Source: an uncultured delta proteobacterium
GTDB lineage: Bacteria > Desulfobacterota > Desulfobacteria > Desulfobacterales > JAHEIW01
Direction of reading: 5' to 3'
Length of the DNA stretch: 64,000 nucleotides
NCBI GenBank assembly: GCA_963706575.1
Contig: CAVPNL010000018.1
Location: 128,001-192,000, forward strand
Each line of letters starts with the position of its first letter. Position 1 is the stretch's first letter. Made by a program: the position numbers and the translations under genes. This document shows, piece after piece, positions 59,094-64,000 of this stretch. The notes below the pieces were generated by a model. The model did no database searches, was not told the origin of the DNA, and was given only the letters and a program-made list of their open reading frames with translations.

Positions 59094-59332
59094 TTTTATT
59101 GGTTTGATTTGTTTAATTGGTTGAATTGGTTTTAGGCGACAACAGAAGGCTTTAAATTAACCGCGAGACCCGCGCAGACGCTCGCAGACTTTTTAATCGC
59201 GCGACCTGGGAAATTAAAAGGGCGGTTAATAAAGAAACTCATAGTAATCCTGTAAATCCTGTCTAAGAAATAAAAAGCATAAGTTTTATGGTACAAAACT
59301 GAAAGCCAAAGCAAAGAGAATTGAAGAAGGAG

Positions 59333-59366
59333 AAAGGCGGTTCGAAGATGAGCCGCCTTTTTTATT
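59333..59366 (+). terminator. Intrinsic terminator
   Basis: AAAGGCGGTTC-gaagat-GAGCCGCCTTT followed by TTT. Confidence 0.8.
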
Positions 59367-59394
59367 TGACAAAAATTGATATTCTAACTATGGT
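59366..59394 (+). promoter_or_regulatory. Putative sigma-70 promoter of the TA operon
   Basis: TTGACA-17 nt-TATGGT. Confidence 0.55.
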
Positions 59395-59427
59395 ATTCAT
59401 AATTTATCATACTAATCAGGAGTATAA

Positions 59428-59685
59428 ATGATGAGTACACAAAAAGTGGCAATTACAGTACCTGCCGAATTAGTTGCAATAATTGATGATATCAGCAGGC
59501 AGAAAGGGATATCTCGCAGCAAGCTTATATCAAACATTCTTAAGGAAAAAATATTAAATGAAAAAGAAAAAGAAATTAAGACGGCATACAATCGAGTCTT
59601 TTCGGATGCCTTAATTTTAAAAGAGCAAATTGATACCGCCTCATGGTTTGAAGGAACCGGAAGCAAAAAGGGGCAGGAATGGTAA
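59428..59685 (+). CDS. Ribbon-helix-helix antitoxin
   Basis: KVAITVP.EL...ID......GISRSKLI; overlaps the toxin start. Confidence 0.88.
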   Translation: MMSTQKVAITVPAELVAIIDDISRQKGISRSKLISNILKEKILNEKEKEIKTAYNRVFSDALILKEQIDTASWFEGTGSKKGQEW

Positions 59686-60026
59686 TTCGCAAAGGATCCA
59701 TTTACTGGGTTGATTTTTCGCCGGGTAAAGGCTCAGAGCCCACTGGCCGCAGGCCGGGCCTGGTGATTCAAAACGATATATTAAATGACAGCAATCTCAA
59801 TACTGTCATCATGCTGGCAATAACCTCGACCATGAAATTCGGCGAACTGCCAGGAAATGTTGTCTTACGAAAGGGCGAAGCGAATATCCCCAAGAAGTGT
59901 GTAATTAATGTTACTCAAATCAAATCAGTGGATAAGCAAAGCATCAGGGAAAAGATTGGAACATTATCCAAAAAAAGAATGGGCGAGGTCCAAGAAGGTT
60001 TGAAGCTTGTAATGAATCTTTCATAA
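59679..60026 (+). CDS. mazF: PemK/MazF-family toxin
   Basis: GSIYWV...GSE..G.RP.LVIQND, ITS and Q..SVDK. Confidence 0.93.
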   Translation: MVIRKGSIYWVDFSPGKGSEPTGRRPGLVIQNDILNDSNLNTVIMLAITSTMKFGELPGNVVLRKGEANIPKKCVINVTQIKSVDKQSIREKIGTLSKKRMGEVQEGLKLVMNLS

Positions 60027-60040
60027 TTATAGAAGCTATC

Positions 60041-61243
60041 TCAAAAGCGACCTCTGCGTCTCGAGCGACCATAGGCAGCGCGTGTGAGATAGAATATAAC
60101 CCCCAACAAAAGCACAATAAATCCTATTGCCTCGGTAAACCTAAAATCCGCACCCCCGGCGGTGGTATTTATAAAACAAGTAGCGTAGACGACCGTACCG
60201 GATCCGTGGTGGGGTGGTTTTTCCTCTTCTTCCGTTGTTCCTCCAACTACCGCCTGAACCCCGGAAAAGTGGTACACCTGCACTTCGATCAGGGCCGGTC
60301 GGCTATCCGTGTGATCGATCCTGGAGCCGGGCACCATCCACCCTTCCCCACCGGCAAGAACATTGCCGTCGGCATCCACAGCCGACAGCCACTGAGCACC
60401 GTCATGATATGCCAGGCCCACTGAAAAAATATCCGCCTCTTCCGGGACCGGGATAAACAACTTGACCGGGGTATCAAACACTGTGTGCGGTGCCAGGCTA
60501 AGGGGCATGCCAACGGTCTCAGAGCCCTCTATGTTGACTTTTTCAATTCCATTATAGGGCCCGAATTGCGGTGTCAGCGGCTCATTGCTGTTATATAAGA
60601 TTTTGGCGCCCGCGAGCTCCCCTTCCACCAGCTCAATACCGGCGTCCAGGCTACCGCCGGAATCCGTATCGACCCCGTAAAAGTCTCTGGTTTCGGGCTG
60701 GTTCTGGCCGGAGGCGGCCCGACTGGCAGCCGTTTCTGTTTTAAATTCAAATGGCGCCGGCTTCAGGATATTGCCGGCCACGTCCCTGATCGCTACCTTT
60801 ATATATATGGGTGAATTTTGCGGATAATGGGCGGGCATATACGGTTCCAGAGACCTATCATATACCGCCCAAAGGAAAGTGGCCCTGGCATCGGGGTCGT
60901 CATCGAGTTTAACCACTCGAAAAGTATCAAATCTTACATTGCGCCCATACGGCAGATGGAAACCGTCAGCAATGGTAAACCGGATGGCATCAGGCGCAGT
61001 AAGATCGATGCCGTGATCTGACCGAATCAGGACGGCAAAGGAAGTATCATAGGGTACATGTGCATAATCGATAATTCCGGCATCCTCCTGGGGGATGCAA
61101 TCTCGAATCTCAATGGGCGTGGGATATACTTTAGTTGCGGCACCCGCCGGCTGGATGGATGATAGGGTCAGAGGTAAAATACACAAGAGCCCTGTTAGCA
61201 GAAAATAAAATTTCGATGACTTTCTCAAAACCCTAAAAATCAT
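60041..61243 (-). CDS. Secreted protein, stand-alone paralog of the subtilase C-terminal domain, with CFI-TM anchor
   Basis: Signal peptide; colinear motifs TSFA, FTIxDG, VYDRS, GAKI.Y, PQFGP, PVKL.IP, GGEGWMVP.SR.DH and VYHFSG; TCFINT + TM. Confidence 0.88.
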   Translation of the reverse strand: MIFRVLRKSSKFYFLLTGLLCILPLTLSSIQPAGAATKVYPTPIEIRDCIPQEDAGIIDYAHVPYDTSFAVLIRSDHGIDLTAPDAIRFTIADGFHLPYGRNVRFDTFRVVKLDDDPDARATFLWAVYDRSLEPYMPAHYPQNSPIYIKVAIRDVAGNILKPAPFEFKTETAASRAASGQNQPETRDFYGVDTDSGGSLDAGIELVEGELAGAKILYNSNEPLTPQFGPYNGIEKVNIEGSETVGMPLSLAPHTVFDTPVKLFIPVPEEADIFSVGLAYHDGAQWLSAVDADGNVLAGGEGWMVPGSRIDHTDSRPALIEVQVYHFSGVQAVVGGTTEEEEKPPHHGSGTVVYATCFINTTAGGADFRFTEAIGFIVLLLGVIFYLTRAAYGRSRRRGRF

Positions 61244-61620
61244 CCCGCCCCCCTGACAGTTGTCGATTCAGTATCTTCTTACATCACAACATAATCTCAA
61301 GTAAAGCATATTCACGATTTGGCTATATGTGTAGTTACATGGTTCAGGGTTAAGGGGTTCAAGGTAAAAAAAGGACTGAGTGCCGAGGTCTGAGGACTGA
61401 GTAAAACAATTTACCTGACGCCATATGCTCAATTATTTGAAATAATAAAGCGCAATGGAAAAAATAATTAGCCACGGACACACACAAACAGACAGGGACA
61501 ACGCTCACCGTAAGACAAAGAAATATTTTTATCTGTGTGAGTCCGTGTGGGTCTGTGGCCAATAAAAAAAGGTTGGTGTGACTCCGTGTGGGCCGGTTGC
61601 TAAAACAAATTCTGCTTTGT

Positions 61621-61893
61621 TTACAGGGTCAATTTAAGCTTATTTTTCCCGATAAAGATTAAGTTTTTCAACCGCATATCAAAAAATCCGTAATATTTCA
61701 GGAAAACATCCTTTCCAAAAGAATGAATGACTTCCAGATCGTCCGTATCGATAAAAATTTGATAGCATCGTGAACGGTATTTTTTCAATGTATGGATCAA
61801 TTCATGGGCGGAGCTCCCATCAAAATCACCGTATAGTTTCAAATGCAGACTGTCGCCGGTTTTATGCTTAAAAAGTTTGAAATTGGATGCCAT
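61621..61893 (-). CDS. Small STAS-like protein
   Basis: LHLKLYGDFDGSSA...IFIDT..L..IHSFG resembles the anti-anti-sigma/STAS pattern. Confidence 0.7.
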   Translation of the reverse strand: MASNFKLFKHKTGDSLHLKLYGDFDGSSAHELIHTLKKYRSRCYQIFIDTDDLEVIHSFGKDVFLKYYGFFDMRLKNLIFIGKNKLKLTL

Positions 61894-62213
61894 TTGAGAC
61901 CACCTTTGCCTGTTGATTATCAATATTTTTCAATAACAACGGTTAGGGTCGGCTCGATTCTCTGGCCTAAATTCGAGTCAGCATCATTGCCAGCGTATAC
62001 CTGTGGCACAAAGAAAAAAGCAAATTTGTGGCGGGATGGGTATAAGAAAAACTCGGTTGTTGAATGTAATTCCCCGGGAAAAATTTGGCCTGTCTGCCGG
62101 TATCCAAACAGACATACCCCCAAGCTATGATGACGCAAATTTCATGACTGACAAAAATAAACCTTTGAACGCGGAACGGAGAACCCTGAACCCTTTAAGT
62201 CTGAACCCTGTTT

Positions 62214-62408
62214 TTATTCCATCTCCGCCGTCACCCACTTCAGCCTTTCCTCATAGGCTTCTATACTCGCCAGATACTCCATTTTCTTGAGCCGGTACTG
62301 ACGTTCCAGACGCATTAGCCTTCGCGTCGTATTGAAAAGACGATCTTCGAGGTTGTTCGCTTCAGCTCGAATTTTTGAGGGACTCCACATCTCTTTTAGG
62401 GATACCAT
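62214..62408 (-). CDS. Small helical/coiled-coil hypothetical protein
   Basis: 64 aa from ATG 62408, preceded by AAGG; charged helical composition. Confidence 0.5.
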   Translation of the reverse strand: MVSLKEMWSPSKIRAEANNLEDRLFNTTRRLMRLERQYRLKKMEYLASIEAYEERLKWVTAEME

Positions 62409-63191
62409 AAATCGCAGCCTTTCAAATTCCAAAACAGTTGAATCGCAAAAATAAAAATTTCGTCTTCTAATTCATCCTCATAAGTCATCTTAACTACTAA
62501 TATAGATATCAGCAAAAATCGTGCACACTTTAACATTTTTCAAAAAAAATATTTAAACATATGATTACAGATACTTATAAGCTATTCCGCATTTAAGGGA
62601 GTGTCAAAAAATATGAAAACAGGTGCAGAATATTGGGTAATTGATTTCACACCTTAGACTTTGCGTAAAAGCGCAAAGTCTAAGGTTCAGAGGTTCAAAG
62701 TTCAAGGTTAAAAGATATGTGAGGACCTGTCCTCGGCAATTGCCCAGTTCCGAGAGGCAGTCAAATGTCAGAAGGCCTGCTTTATTTTGCAATCAGCCTC
62801 TGACCTCAAACATGGCATTTTTCCGATCATTTATTTGGCCGTCATTGATTAAAATAATGAACCAATGAAACTAATCAAACCAATAATCCATATAGATTCT
62901 TTGACCTTTTAATTCCGCAATCCGAAATCCACAATCCGCAATCGATTGACCTTGTACCTTATACCAGGATAATAAATCCGTATAGAATCCTACACCCTCT
63001 GTACACAAAAGCATACACTTTTAATTAAAATCCAGTTTAATAGAGCCTTAAAAAAATGTATTATCGCGATAAAGTCCACACCACCACTCCATAAAATATT
63101 ATGGACAAAACCATTGTATTTATTAAGGATTTATTAACAAAGAAAATTTGACTTTTTTTACATATGAAAAAAAGGATACCAAATTTTCTTT

Positions 63192-63207
63192 TGGTATCCC
63201 TTTTGCT
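63192..63207 (+). promoter_or_regulatory. Putative sigma-54 promoter
   Basis: TGGTATCCCTTTTGCT (GG-N10-GC). Confidence 0.55.
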
Positions 63208-63283
63208 CTTATACTAAGGACAAGCTAAGCGAATCCCATAACCCCCTTGTGGGCCTGTCGCGTCCGCTTCCTTCCTCTTGGCC

Positions 63284-63326
63284 TGGCGGGCGGGTTTCAG
63301 CTCGTAACCCGCCCGCCATTTTCTCT
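63284..63326 (+). terminator. Strong intrinsic terminator, possibly the end of an sRNA
   Basis: Perfect 13-bp stem TGGCGGGCGGGTT / AACCCGCCCGCCA followed by TTTTCT. Confidence 0.8.
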
Positions 63327-63659
63327 AAAGAGGATTTTTTTTGCAAAAATGATGACTGGAGAAAAGCAGATTGCTGAACCGGATTTCAGCGGACAAACGC
63401 AATTCATTTTAATTAGACGGAATCTATGGGATTATGCGGATTTATCTGCTGAATGTAAGTCAAGACAATATATTGAAATAATTAAAAAAAATCTTGCAAT
63501 CTTTCCAGTCAGTATGGAAATGAGTGATTTTTATTGGGTTAAGATCGAGCATTGGGGAGAACGTGTATTGTTGCGTCTAAAATCTGTTATTCACAATGCG
63601 CTGAATACCTGTCGCTTATCCGCGGGGATCATTCCAGTTTCAACACGTTTGCTCTTTAG

Positions 63660-64000
63660 AATATCGCCATCCTCCTTGCACTATGCGCCTATACCGTTAT
63701 CTGCGGTTGCTACCGAACTGCGAAAACCGTAACACTGGGTTGGTCACCCAATGACGAACCCGACCTTGAAGGCTATGTGGTGTATCGCAATACGAATTCT
63801 CCGGGCCCGCCGTATAGTTATTCAGACACCATACCGGAAGGCGAGCTTGCCGATCCGCTCCATCCAAAAGCGACCCTCACCGGATTGCAGGAAGGCAAAG
63901 AATATTATATCGCCCTTACGGCTTACAATACTGAGGGCGTCGAGAGCGGTTTTTCAAACGACGTCTGTGTTGAAGTGGTAAACGGTATTGCCGAACTCTG
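63660..64000 (+). CDS. Secreted FN3-domain protein, partial; start obscured by a probable indel
   Basis: Not in the ORF track. Frame reads IAILLALCAYTVICG...KTVTLGWSPNDEPDLEGY...LTGLQEGKEYYIALTAYN..G.ESGFSN, homologous to the 57408 FN3 domain. Confidence 0.8.

Noticed and set aside
63247..63732. 161-aa ORF as a real protein
   Set aside because: Runs through the terminator hairpin; only its 3' part may be the frameshifted start of the FN3 gene

Overview
64 kb of bacterial chromosome, most likely a Desulfobacterales-type deltaproteobacterium (inferred from gene content and protein style). About 1-44 kb is mostly housekeeping and transport: yeiH-like exporter, CaCA antiporter, rluD, carD, H+-PPase, pth-rplY-prs-tRNA-Gln-ispE, mlaEFD, ABC-F, TPP-riboswitch/cytX, an atypical ECF operon, gdhA, a diguanylate cyclase, tig-clpP-clpX-lon and five tRNAs in total. 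About 44-64 kb is a cell-surface and signalling region: cNMP-PilZ protein, subtilase, NtrC-type regulator, galE, sat-cysC, a c-di-GMP-I riboswitch, FN3 proteins and a mazEF-type TA pair. Main candidates for novelty: (1) an ECF-type transporter whose two ATPase genes carry complementary motif sets (signature motif on one, Walker A/B on the other); (2) three secreted proteins ending in a CFI + TM anchor, two of which share a ~300-aa domain ending in an HFS autoproteolysis-like motif; (3) a stand-alone lipoprotein copy of the subtilase pro-domain; (4) many gene-less, nested, inverted short-tandem-repeat shells and TA-targeting MITEs in intergenic spaces; (5) a sigma-54-type promoter ahead of an unannotated 30-aa membrane protein and another ahead of a candidate sRNA; (6) MlaF fused to a degenerate GGDEF domain. 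Several genes carry single-base homopolymer indels that look like sequencing errors. All calls come from reading the sequence; no database search was run.
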